Source: Oikopleura dioica (lineage: Eukaryota > Animalia > Chordata). Taken from it: 64,000 nucleotides of DNA. The DNA is taken from the NCBI GenBank assembly GCA_907165135.1, contig OU015566.1:8308001-8372000 (forward strand), given 5' to 3'. The notes under the pieces are model-generated. The model searched no databases and had not been told where the DNA came from. It saw nothing but the letters and a program-made list of their open reading frames with translations. The first letter of the stretch is position 1; each line of letters begins with the position of its first letter. Position numbers and translations under genes: made by a program. Shown piece by piece: positions 1 through 11,116 of this stretch.

Positions 1-430
1 TCAGTTTATAATTTTTATCCTTTCTCGTGAACGTGATGGCCAGCCTGGCGGATTAGCTCGAGCGTGGGAAAATAAAACAACGCGCCCACGAGATTTGATT
101 CTGAAAGAAGCACAGAGTCGCATTGATTTTTTTTTCATTTTTGCTTCAAAGATTGTTATAAAATGTTACTGTAGCTTCATTTACTGCGATCTAGCCCGGA
201 GCAGCTAGTTCATAAATAGAGATTTTTCTGCTCTCATCTGAATAATATGATTATCTGAATAAAATGAATACTATGATTAACTTTGTTGTTTTTTATGTTA
301 AAAATCTTGATAAAAACTTATGGCAAGCACAGAATGCAACTGCAGTAAGCCTTTGAAATTCCAAGTCTGAAAAGAACCAGCCCCAATATATATTATGAGA
401 GCTTCCGCTTTCACACCAAAGCATTAAATA

Positions 431-2821
431 ATGGCGACGAGAGAAAATTATCGCCACTTGAAAAATTTCTGCGGCGACAATTGCGAGATTTCGAACATTC
501 TTCTTCAGAAGAACTCTGCTACATTTTTTGACATTCAGGGAAAGCAGAATGTTATCACCATCACTCCAGTCGGCGAGGATTTCACTGGAGATCTTGAACT
601 TTTCACGGCTTTTTATCACATTGAAAGTGTGATTCTTTGTGGAAGGCTTGATGATTCGACTAGGTGTTATCGTATTAATAAAGCCCTTGATCCTGATTCA
701 TTGGAACGTTTTGAAGGACTTGAACCGCTGATCTTTCCTTTCTCAGACTTCGTCATCAAGTCTGATGATGGAAAAGTGCTCCTACTGGAAAAGGACATTT
801 ACGGCTTCAACATGTTTCTAGCGGAGAACAACTCGATATTGTGGAAAAACTCATTTTCCGTAGGAGATCAGGTCCTGGCAACGTATGAGTCAGCGCGTAA
901 TCACGCTAGCTACATAATTTCATCAGACAAGAACGAAGGGATGATCACGAACTATTGTCAAAACGACGCAGGAATCAACAAGACGCCTCCCGAAGAAAAT
1001 CTCATGTGCTCGTCCTGCGTTTCGTATAAGCTTTCCTGCTGCAGCAAACACTCTGGCCTTTGTTCTTCTGAAATTCTCTCGACAACGAAACACGAAGATG
1101 CGATCTACTCAGTTTTCAAGTTTGGCAAGAACTCGAGGTTGTGCAAGACTTCTCTGGAGAAAATCGACGAAGAGTTTCTTTCACAAAATCAACGATATTG
1201 CTATTCCACCTCTTGTGATACCATGTCTCCCTCCCCGAAAGAAATGGGCAAGACCATCAAAATAGCTGAAAGTATTTGTGAAGATTCTGACATTGTTTTT
1301 GCTGACTGCAGCGCTCCACAAGTCAGACTGTTTAGTCGAGAGTACATGACTCTTGTTAACTCTGGACTCAAAACTGACAAGACCCTTTTCATGGAAGAAG
1401 TTGGTGCTCTTGTTGGAACTCCCAGCTCTTTGGTCATTTCAACAGATGATGCAGGCGCTAAGATCGTTTCTTTGTTGGAAAATAATGTTGTTCGACGGGG
1501 ATATTTGCGATCTGATGGATTGACCATGGTCGACGATAAATCTTTTGATGAAAATATCGTCCTCATCGAAGAAGTTGCATCTGGTCTGGCTTTCAATGTT
1601 GAAGAACAGGAGCTTATTTCTCTTGAAGAATGCCATCTTCCAAAAGAAACTTCATGTTTGAAGTGCCAAGAAGGAATCGGCTGTCAGTGGAGCGATGGCG
1701 AATGCAGAACAGTATCTTCTATCGTCGAAAATCAGACCTGTCCGGCTCTAGGGCTCTTAGATTTTCTGGAATCTAAGAATTTCTACAAAGGAGAGAGGCC
1801 GAGACCTTCATCACTTATGAAATAATCATCTTAGAATTAGCCTCAAAAAAGTAAGAATCCTGAAAAATGAAGTTGGAAATTTGTCGACGCTTACTTGCAA
1901 AAACTCGAAAATGCGTAAGTTTCTAAGAACATTTTTGCCTCTATTATTTATGTTTCAGAAACAAGCTTTGAAATCGAAGAGATGCCTGAATATTTCGAGA
2001 TAAATATGGACAAAATAAGCGTCAATACTCTTATTCAATATTATGAAGACCAAGACTTTGACCTCACGTGCTCTGGGGAGACAATATCTGGAGCTTCCTG
2101 GTCGCATATTTTCGATACTAAGGAGTTTAAGGAATATGTGCAGGTGAAAAACGACAAAGAAAAGACGATTGAGATGCAGAAAAATTTGAAATGGATGATA
2201 AAAATTTATCCGTAGAATTTGAATTATGCAGTTTTTTTATCCACCTTTGAGATATCCTCCCTTACCCGACAAAAAGAGGAGTTATTAGAGCTCAATCAAA
2301 AAGGAGCTAAAATAATAGAAGAGAACCAATTGAAAATTGCTCAACTTGAAGAGCAAAACTGCAGTGACGACAGTGAATATATTTTTAATGAAGTCAACTA
2401 TCTCGAAAACCTCTCGCGAGATCCGGAAATTTCCGCTTTGCGTAAACAGCTGGAACGAGCGTATAATGAGAGTGACAGTCTCCGACTTGAGTTGGAATCG
2501 AATAAGTACTTGTGGAATCTTTTTGTACCTCGTTTTTATGTTTTTGAGGATGAGTTTTGATGCAGATCTATTGGAATCACCAAAGCTCGCTGGGTTATCA
2601 TTATCCGGACACCCATACTTAGGAGAGGCTTGAAATGTGTAATTGTCAGCAAGGTAAAATATAGAGTCCTTTTTAAAGTTGCAACAATCGTACTTGGTGT
2701 GATTGTCTTTGTTCTCCTGATCGTGCTCGCAGTAATTCGCTGCGGGCGACAAAAGATAAAGAAGGTTGCAACCATTCCTCAGCATCATCAGAAAGCTGGA
2801 ACTGTAACTAACCCTTTTTAA
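431..2821 (+). CDS. Cys-rich single-pass membrane protein with PSI-like module (plexin/semaphorin-related), probably one spliced gene
   Basis: 464-aa ORF ends in CLKCQEGIGCQWSDGEC..CP (PSI-like). Downstream ORFs 1982-2821 give a coiled segment and a TM helix (VATIVLGVIVFVLLIVLAVI-RCGR). Joining them needs short introns near 1800-1960; no signal peptide located. Confidence 0.45.
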
Positions 2822-3293
2822 CTTTATTATCGTTAAAATTCATTTTAGAACATGTGGGTGGGAAATCAGAAAAATGACATCAACGAGGTCGACGCTTTGG
2901 ACTCTGCAATTTCTGATAATGTGTTTAGATTTTAATAAATGACCTTTTTTTTCTAGTATCAACCGATAAAAATGTTATATTTTGACGTTTCCGTGATTAC
3001 AATTTACAAAATATGAGAGATGTTAATCTTATTATTAATCGAATTTTCCGCGGATCGAAGAAAATATTGTGGATTTATAACGAAGGGCCAGTCTAAACTA
3101 AGTGAATTAATATTTGTTCCAACAGCGGAGGGTCCAAAGATACCCCGCTGATTATCTGCTCCCGCTCAGCAGGAGCTGCTGATAAAAATCTCGCCCCTCG
3201 TAGCGCCATCTTTCTTGAGATGATGATATAAATAGAGGCTGACTCGATTTTATATCGTAAATCACTCGTATAACTGAACAGGAATACAAAATT

Positions 3294-3979
3294 ATGTTGA
3301 CTCCTGAGAGAGGCGTATTCGCTGCTGGAACGTCGTCCCCGAATTTCTACGAAAATGAACCGATCATCATCGAAGACACTCCTCCTGCAATTGTGATCGA
3401 CCCAAACGTTGTTGACCTGTGCGATTCTCCAGAATCTTCTGGACCGGAGGATGAAGAAGTTGATCCAGTTTGGGGAAGAAAAGCTCCCGTCGACCAACCA
3501 GCTGCGTCTCCACCATCCCGACGTGTAAACTTGCCAAGAAGGAACATCATGTCGATTATGGACATAAATCTTTCAGATTCTGACGAATCTGATGACGATT
3601 CTGAGGAGAAGGCTCCACTATGCAGAAACTCGCGGAGAGAAGGTGCCATCAATGCGATTTTTGAGTAAGTGAATCTCCCTTTTTGTAAATAAAATAATTT
3701 CATAAGCGATTCAACTGACAGCTCCGATTCTAATCATGAGAAGTCAACCAACCGCACCAAAGCCATCTCGTCGAAGCAAGAAATTGTGAATGCAATTTTT
3801 GAGTGAGTGTATTCAATTTTATCGCGCTATAAATGTTAAATCTTAGCGATTCAACTGATGAAGAAGGAGTGCCTTCTTTTTCCCGCTCTTTTGTTGAGAA
3901 ACTCAAGTCTAAAAAGCGAAGGCGATCTTCTGATGGCTCTTTCGGTGGTCGACCAAGCAAACGACAGGCTGAAGAATAA
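3294..3979 (+). CDS. Acidic, disordered orphan with SIM-like motifs and C-terminal NLS
   Basis: IIIED, IVID, VVDLCDS and IMDINLSDSDE motifs; two phase-2 GT-AG introns (GA|GTAAGT, GA|GTGAGT); last exon KLKSKKRRRS..RPSKRQAEE* (TAA 3977-3979). Confidence 0.5.
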
Positions 3980-4102
3980 CATTCCGCCTACCCTCAACTG
4001 CCTCTACTATCCGTAACTACTTTTTAATAACTTCAGCTCAACCTTTTTTTTCAAATTGCAAGAATATAAAGAAATTTATTAGAATGTAGCCATTGAGTTG
4101 CG

Positions 4103-6092
4103 TCAGCCCATCAACTGGACAAGTAGGATAAGTAGAGAGCAGTGAAAAAGTACGGTCTTGCTACTTGAGTAAATGACGTTTGGTTTGAATGTAGTTGCAT
4201 TTGTATCAGCGTTAGTTGTAACATCATCTATCAGAGCTGTTGTTTCATCAAGTGTTTCAGCATCGTCTGTTGTAGTAGAAGTTCCTGACGTGATAGTCGT
4301 TGACGTTGTACTTGTAGTAGTGGCTGTAGTTGTCATCGTTGTCGTAGTGGTCGTTGTCGTCGTTGTCGTGGTTGTAGTTGTCGTCGTAGTCGTCGTTGTA
4401 GTTGTCGTTGTAGTTGTCGTCGTAGTTGTTGTCGAAGTCGTAGTTGTTGTCGTAGTCGTAGTTGTAGTTGTCGTCGTAGTCGTCGTTGGAGTTGTCGTCG
4501 TAGTAGTCGTCGTAGTCGTCGTTGTTGAAGTTGTCGTGGTCGTCGTTGTTGTTGGAAGATCTGATAAATCTGCACCAGTGCTTGCGCAACTAAGAATTGC
4601 CCCATTCGTTTCAAAGGCTGTATGCAATGGAGGACAGGCATCCGTATTAGTTAGCTTGTCCCAATAACTGAATCCGCCCCCTGTAAATGGATAGTAATCA
4701 GCAACCAACTGAAGCCAATATCCTCCATTAGCGTAGAGAGTAATTGCTGTTCCATCAGGACATGCCCAGGTTGGCTCGCCAACAAAGAGCTCTCCATCAT
4801 TGTAGATGCAAGTTTGCACATTACCGTTTCGAGAGATCACTACTCCTCCACAGCAATCATTTGGAGTCCTTTCGTATTCCTCAATGCAGGTTGCGATTTC
4901 TCCGTTTTCGTCTTCGCTATTTGGACAATCTAAAAAAACTTTTCTTCTATGCTCTTAAATATAAATTTTCACCCTTGTACCCGTCACAAATTCGATCAAT
5001 AAAAACCGTTCTAGTTTCTCCGACTTCATCAGATGAAGTGCAGGAAGTCCTCTCTTTGTATTGAAAATTAGGGAACATTGGTGTTCCATCGTCATTTGTC
5101 ATGTCTTTACAGTACATTTTCTGCAGCTGAAGAGCGTCAGTAGTCGAAATTTCTTCACCCCGAATGATTTCTGATCCGTCTTTGAGGAGAGCAATTGGGT
5201 CTGACCCAACAGCTCCGGCGTAAGAACTGTAGGACATGACTGATCCAGGCTCATAGACAGAATCCGTTGAGTACCATTGATTGGAAGAAATTATGTCCCA
5301 TTGATCTAAAGTTTGATTACATTTTTATATATTTTTCTCTTTTACCAGGCTTCGTGCTTCTTTCTGGCCAGACATCGATGTAGTTGTCTCTATCAGGTCT
5401 CGACTGTTCATGGAAAACTCCAAGAGAATGAAGAACCTCGTGTTGAACGACGCCGATGCTATGACTGCATGCTTGATTCAGGTTCACTACTTGCCAGGTT
5501 GCCGGAACACCAAATTGAGTGATCTGCGTTGCACCTTGATCGTTTGTGACAAATCCTGGAGCAAGGCCAAGTGCAGCAAAACAGGCATCTTGATGAAGAA
5601 TGAACATCAGTCCATTTTCGTATGTTGTTGTCGACGGATCACTGACAAGAGGCATATCGAAGCAATGAAGATCACTCTCAAGGGCAGTTATAGCTTCTTC
5701 AATAACATTATCTGCGTCAGAAGCAAACACACTTTGAATCGCGTATGGTACGGTTATAGGACCACCGCTGTTAACTGGTTGCCAACGTTCGAGGAAAGAC
5801 GCACCCAAGCCTCGAGTTTGAGGTCGAAGCGATCCACCGGGAAGGGTTGGCGAACTCTCAATTATAGACCACTTGGAAGTATCCACGCCGATTGATTGAA
5901 GAAATCTTGCCTGTAAGTACACTGTTTACTGTCGAACTTGAAATGATGCAAAATACAAACCGTCTCTTTGGTGATAAACAGATCATCCCCAAAGTCAACA
6001 TTTTCTGTAGACGTAGACCCAGAGATTTCAACGCCGGGGACGCTGTATGCCAGGACCTCGAGCCCTAGTAAAAATGAGAACCTTATTATCAT
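4103..6092 (-). CDS. Astacin-family (M12A) zinc metalloprotease with Thr-rich stalk and GPI-type C-terminus
   Basis: Signal peptide MIIRFSFLLGLEVLA; HEVLHSLGVFHEQSRPDRD zinc motif; Met-turn SVMSY after a ~42-nt GT-AG intron; Cys-rich module; poly-Thr; hydrophobic tail VLFHCSLLILLVQLMG*. Confidence 0.9.
4268..4552. repeat. Low-complexity ACN codon repeat encoding the poly-Thr mucin stalk
   Basis: (GTC/GTT/GTA)n on the + strand; about 80 mostly Thr codons in the - strand ORF 4103-4840. Confidence 0.95.
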
Positions 6093-6270
6093 GGCCGAGA
6101 AATGATAAAAGAGCAATTCTGTTCCTTCCTTATATAATCAGATTTCGAAAGGTGTTTGCTGATCCGGAAGAACTTTGAATCAAGGAAATCGACATGGAAA
6201 ATTAATAAAGATTACAATAGAAATTAAAAACAAGTCGGATATTTGTTGATGGGCGCAATTATTAGAAAAA

Positions 6271-7499
6271 ATGATGTCGGAAGGAAGGCTTATTGCAGCA
6301 AAAGCTCGTTATCCTATTCATTTTCAGGTAGGCTCTGCCTGTTGAAGAAAAAGTAAAACAAATGAACAAATTTGATGACTTAACATTTCTAGTGCGTCAT
6401 GAGAAAATTGATTTTTTTTATCAAGATTAGCGATAGCGCCTCCATCGAAATTATTTTTATTTTTGCTTACGACACGCAATAGCGATTTTTGAGCCATCAT
6501 TTTCCTTATATTTTCCTCAGCAAGTAATTCGAATCGACTGCTTTCCTTTTCGCCCGCAATGGTTGAAGACGTACACAAAAAATTGAATGATTTTTTCCAA
6601 GGATGGAAACGAAAGTTGATTATTTGTAAACGAGTACTCGAAGAACCTGAAAGAGATCAAATGGAAGAAGCCATCGTTATTAAAGGTAAAGTGTATCATC
6701 TTCTAATTGTCCTAACAATTATGTAAGACTCGCCAACTCGCAATCCGGATTCTGGCGTCGACTACACAGTTGATCTTTGCTCCTCTGATGATGAGATATT
6801 GGATGGAAGGGATTTCCAGGATATATCAATCTCCGATTCCGATTCCAGTGAACCTAACTTTAGCCGCACTGAAGAATTGACCGACTGCATAGTCATTTCA
6901 GAATCAGATGAAGAAATGCCTTCCACATCGAAAAGAACAAGAATTCTTAGAGAAATTGCGCCCACGACCACAAGGTATTCGATTTATTCAAATTCAAGGG
7001 AAAAACAATCTCTCATAGAGACGATCATCATTCATCTTCGTCGTCTGATGAAGCTCCTGAGCGGATTTTTCGACCAGGGGCAGAGATTGCTCCTTCTGGC
7101 TTACAGAAACTACAGTCGAGAAAAAGAAAACGCGAAGACACCCCACCGAAAGAAGAGCGGCCTAACTTTAGAATTTTCGGAAGCAAAAAGAAGTTGGACT
7201 TGTCGACGAAGAATATGAAAGACAAACTAAATCCAAGAGTCCGACAGGCACTGACTGCAGGAGCCCGAGAAAATACCGAAGATGATCGTCTCATGGAGAT
7301 GATTGCACAAGCCGAGAAAAGGGGAGCGATTAGAAAGTTTCAACGAATGACAGATTATCAACTCGTAAATATTGGTGCGAAATTTGGCCTGGGAAGTTCG
7401 CGAAACACTTTGCGGACGAAAGATAGAAAGGAACTATACATTGAGCACCTATCAAGAATCGAAGCTTACAAAATTTATGCCAAAAAGGCCTTCCAGTAA
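6271..7499 (+). CDS. Orphan nuclear protein with SIM-like motifs and a small helical C-terminal module
   Basis: Spliceable exons give ..TVDLCSSDDE..DISISDSD..CIVISESDEE.., then a basic/helical C-terminus (ORF 7194-7499). The 5' exons are tentative. Confidence 0.45.
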
Positions 7500-7868
7500 T
7501 CGACTTACTAGTGAACAGTTCACTGTGAACTACTCTTGTTACCAATTATTTCTACTGAAATAATTTTTTTTTTAAAAACTGATTAGATTTGAAATACTGA
7601 TTCTTTAGTAAATCAAATTCGCCTCTTTGGATTTTTTGAGAATTTATTATAAAAAGTTTTTTGTGAGCAAGGCATTTTTCCACCGAAAAGTAAGCAAAAG
7701 GTTGAACTAAAATCAGACATGTTACATGTGTTGTTATCATTTCGAAAGAATCGAGATTTTTCGGCTTCAAAATGCTGCTCTGGAAAAAGAAAAAGAGAAA
7801 AAATGTCAATATATGGATGAGCTAAATGTAGAGAGGATAAAGGCAGTGGTAAAGGGATGAGGTTCCGT

Positions 7869-8901
7869 TCAATCGATGTTCATCTCCACGTTGTGACAGT
7901 CCATCGAGTTCTCGACGAATCCGGGTCGTGCTTGCTGCATTGGGGGCTGATTTGCTCCTGAAAAGGTTGATGAGATTTTTGGTGATGCTGATTTTATGCG
8001 TAAATGATTGATGGGATGAATGGGAGCATGCAATAAATGAAAATATGAGACGATGATAAATGAAAAAAAGGATAACTGGACTAACTGGGCGCCTCGGGAA
8101 ACTTTGGCGGCGCATTTTCCATATTTCCGTTTCTCTCACCGCAGAACATTGTCTGGCAGAACATCTCAATATCTAGCAAAGAAGGTAATCAAGCGTTAGT
8201 AGAATCAATTCGATCGAGAAATCGTTGATCAATCACAAGCATACCCTTTGGTTTACCGGGTTCATCGGCAATCGCCTCGGACAGCAGCTCGCCAAAGCCG
8301 AAATCGTCGGAGATGGTCTTCTGTTCGGGCATGATGTTTTCTGTTCCGTCCCAGTTGATTTGCAGACGGGTCACGCGGGGATTGGTTGAGATCACACGTG
8401 ACAGTCTTTCGATCTATAAATGATATGTTATAATTAGTTTTTTATCGATCTTTTCTCACGATTGGCTGTTCTGGTGGATCTTCTCGCAGTTGCTCGTCTT
8501 GGTACTCGTTGTTGATGTAGTAGCCAATTCTGACGAATTCCTGCGTTCTGTAACTGCACGTGATTAAAACCACTGTGACGCCGACAATTTCCGAGGCGGG
8601 TATCTTCGTCGGATCGGGCCCGTCTGCTTCAAGTACGAACTCGTGGACGCCAACGGGAATCGGACCTGTAGATAATTCATCCAATTCTTGGTCGAATTCG
8701 GTTGAGTTTGCGCTACCTAAAATCGCGCGCTGAAAAGGGGAAGGAAAACACGCCACGTGACTTACCGACATACAAGATTTTCCAGTCCAAATCTTCCTGT
8801 AGGTCTTCGATACAGTCGAATCTGATTTTGAACTGGAACTTGTCGACGAAGCTGCAATTATTATTCAAAACTTCAACCTCGCGAATGGTCACCTTAGCCA
8901 T
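7869..8901 (-). CDS. ASF1: Histone H3-H4 chaperone ASF1
   Basis: [93 protein letters not shown]; tail ENSMDC. Confidence 0.97.
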
Positions 8902-8978
8902 TTCTTTCGGGTTTCTGAAAAGCATTAAATAAAAAGAGGGATAAGAAACAGAAAATATTGAAAAATATAAGCAGCAAT

Positions 8979-9333
8979 CATGGCTGTTGATTTCGAGTCC
9001 TTTAGTTTTACCCGGCAATTTTTTCCGGGCAACCCGCAGATTTTTCAGCGGGTTTCTCGCACGGAGAGTCTTTTCACGGGCTACCCGCGCTACTTGTTTT
9101 CTCCTTTCCGTCGAGTAGCTCGCGATTACCCGCAACCCTTTTTCTCGGGCCAATCAGACGAGCGAATTTTCTTCTTTCTAGTCGAAATTTTCGCGAGTAG
9201 CTCGCGATTATCCTTTACCCATTTACTCGATCTACTCGCACGGGTCTCCGTGCGAGTAACCCGTAGAAAAATCTGCGGGTTGCCCGGAAAAAAATGCCGG
9301 GTAAAACCAAAGGACTCGAAATCAACAGCCATG
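8979..9333. mobile_element. 355-bp non-autonomous MITE, hAT-like
   Basis: ~88-bp terminal inverted repeats starting CATGGCTGTTGATTTCGAGTCC; exact 8-bp direct repeat GCAGCAAT at 8971-8978 and 9334-9341. Confidence 0.92.
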
Positions 9334-9365
9334 GCAGCAATAGAAAAATACATGAAAAAATGAAT

Positions 9366-10422
9366 TCAAGCGTAGGTATAGTCGAAGAGGTTGGAACCGC
9401 GTGAGGTGACTTTTGAGATCTCTAATTTCTTCTCCAAAATATTCTTGGACCAAGCTTTCATCGCAACGTAGGCGTAAGGAGTGTCTAAAACACAAGATTG
9501 GTTACTTCGTACGATCTAAAAAGTCATTACCCAGCCGACCAAAGGCCCTGGATGGCATCGAATCCAGGATGTTCTCATCGTGTTGGTGAGGGACGACTCC
9601 AACGAAATCTTTATCTTTAGATTCGATTATTTCCGGCTGATTGGTTTCGTAGCTGACGAACACTTGTGCTAGAAAAAAAATCGTCAACTCCGAACCGAAT
9701 TTCTCGAGTTCTCACCATCATGAGGGAGCTCGACACCCATCTGTGAATATCTCGAAAGTTCGTCAAGCATATTTCGTGAATGAAGTTTGACATCAAATGG
9801 AGTTCCATCGTCTTGGACACAATCGTCTTCGGCAAATTTCGTTTTGATGCGATACTGATCGATTATCTCTAACGGCTCTTTTGTGCCCTTCTTCGCGATG
9901 ATAACCGCCACGGATCTTTTTTATTGGCTTGCAACTTTTTATTTACTTATAAAAAAACTATACAAAAGAAATTTCATTTTCAGCCGGACCTGAGCGCTTT
10001 CTCGTTGATAAGTCGTCTGACAACTCGGAGCGATTTCGTGAAGAGCTTCTCCAAAGCACCCGAGGCTTCTTTTTTGATCAACGGATATTTTCTAAAAACA
10101 ACAAATTGATGCTCTCGAGGATCCCTTTTTGGCGCGCAAATCATGGCGCCTGTTTCAAAACGCGCAATTTTGGCGCTAGAGTGGCCAAATCAATCGGGAT
10201 GCTTCAAGCTTATGAAAAGATTAGAAATAAAATCAGTGTCAATGAAGGATTTAATTAAAATAAAACGTCAAATTACCTTTCTGCGTATCGAATCATATTA
10301 AAGTTGTTTACATCTAACTTGAGACGATTGATACAAATGATCGAAAACGCGACAGAAATCAACTTTTGAGCGGCTGTTCTTCCTTCAGCATTATCCTCGA
10401 TCAAGTAGTTCAGCGAGCTCAT
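9366..10422 (-). CDS. HORMAD1: HORMA-domain protein of the meiotic HORMAD/Hop1 type
   Basis: Spliced product QKLISVAFSIICINR..RLINEKALRSVAVII..PLEIIDQYRIKTKF..ELPHD..TPYAYVAMK aligns by eye with HORMAD1 KRLLAVSVSCITYLR..DALQKKYLRMVVL..TISECYQFKFKY..PLPND..TPFHIFKVK. Confidence 0.7.
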
Positions 10423-10462
10423 AATCTTCTTCGATTATGAAGCAGACATTCATTCTAAATCA

Positions 10463-11088
10463 TCAACAAGATATCATTCTAGAAAAGATCAGTATCATAC
10501 AGTATGGTTTCGTTTTGTCTTTATTACGATTGAAAAAAGACTCAGGATAACTGATCACATTCGTGATAATTGCTTCCGGTCTTCCATAAACTTGCACGAC
10601 ATCATACAAAACCTCACAGCTTCAAGAACATATATATCTGATCAATAAACGATAAGATACCCTTTATGAAGCGGTCTCCTTTTTCCACCATCAGTGAACA
10701 TCTCTGGGCCAAAATTTTTAAATTCAAACTTGGTCCATTTCTTTGAAATGCCCCCATCGTCCACATATCCATGCCAGCTTACTCCAGGCTTGTGTATGAC
10801 CATGTATCTGATTCTTCCGACATTGTCGACCGATTCTAACTGCACTTGATCAAATGAAACCCAGGATTTGCTCGAGTCATCCCTTTTGACTTTTATCGCG
10901 ATCTCTTGACCTTTTCTGACCAAAACAGGGGAAATTGAGCTCTGATACTGGATAGATTTGCTGTTGCTTAAAAGTTGAAAAGAGACAATTTGATCCTTTT
11001 CCTGCTGATCCTTTTTTGCCAATAAATACGTTTTGCCTTCAAAAAGAACATGAACGGAGTTCCTTCTCGTTAAAATTCTCGACAGCAT
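10463..11088 (-). CDS. Orphan B: cold-shock/OB-fold-like protein with possible mitochondrial presequence; paralogue of A
   Basis: CAG|AATG start at 11088 (MLSRILTRRNSV). A 41-nt GT-AG intron joins RPLHKG to CEVLYDVVQVYGRPEAIITNV. Shares WHG(F/Y)V, FGPEM and VLYDVV with gene A. Confidence 0.6.
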
Positions 11089-11116
11089 TCTGAGAAAATT
11101 ATAAATGCGACTTTTG

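Noticed and set aside
4173-4667. Poly-Val, Asp/Asn-rich and Arg/Gln-rich ORFs
   Set aside because: Antisense or alternative frames of the astacin poly-Thr repeat.
8980-9363. Mirror-image ORFs both starting MAVDFESF
   Set aside because: Artefact of the MITE inverted repeats; no transposase motifs.
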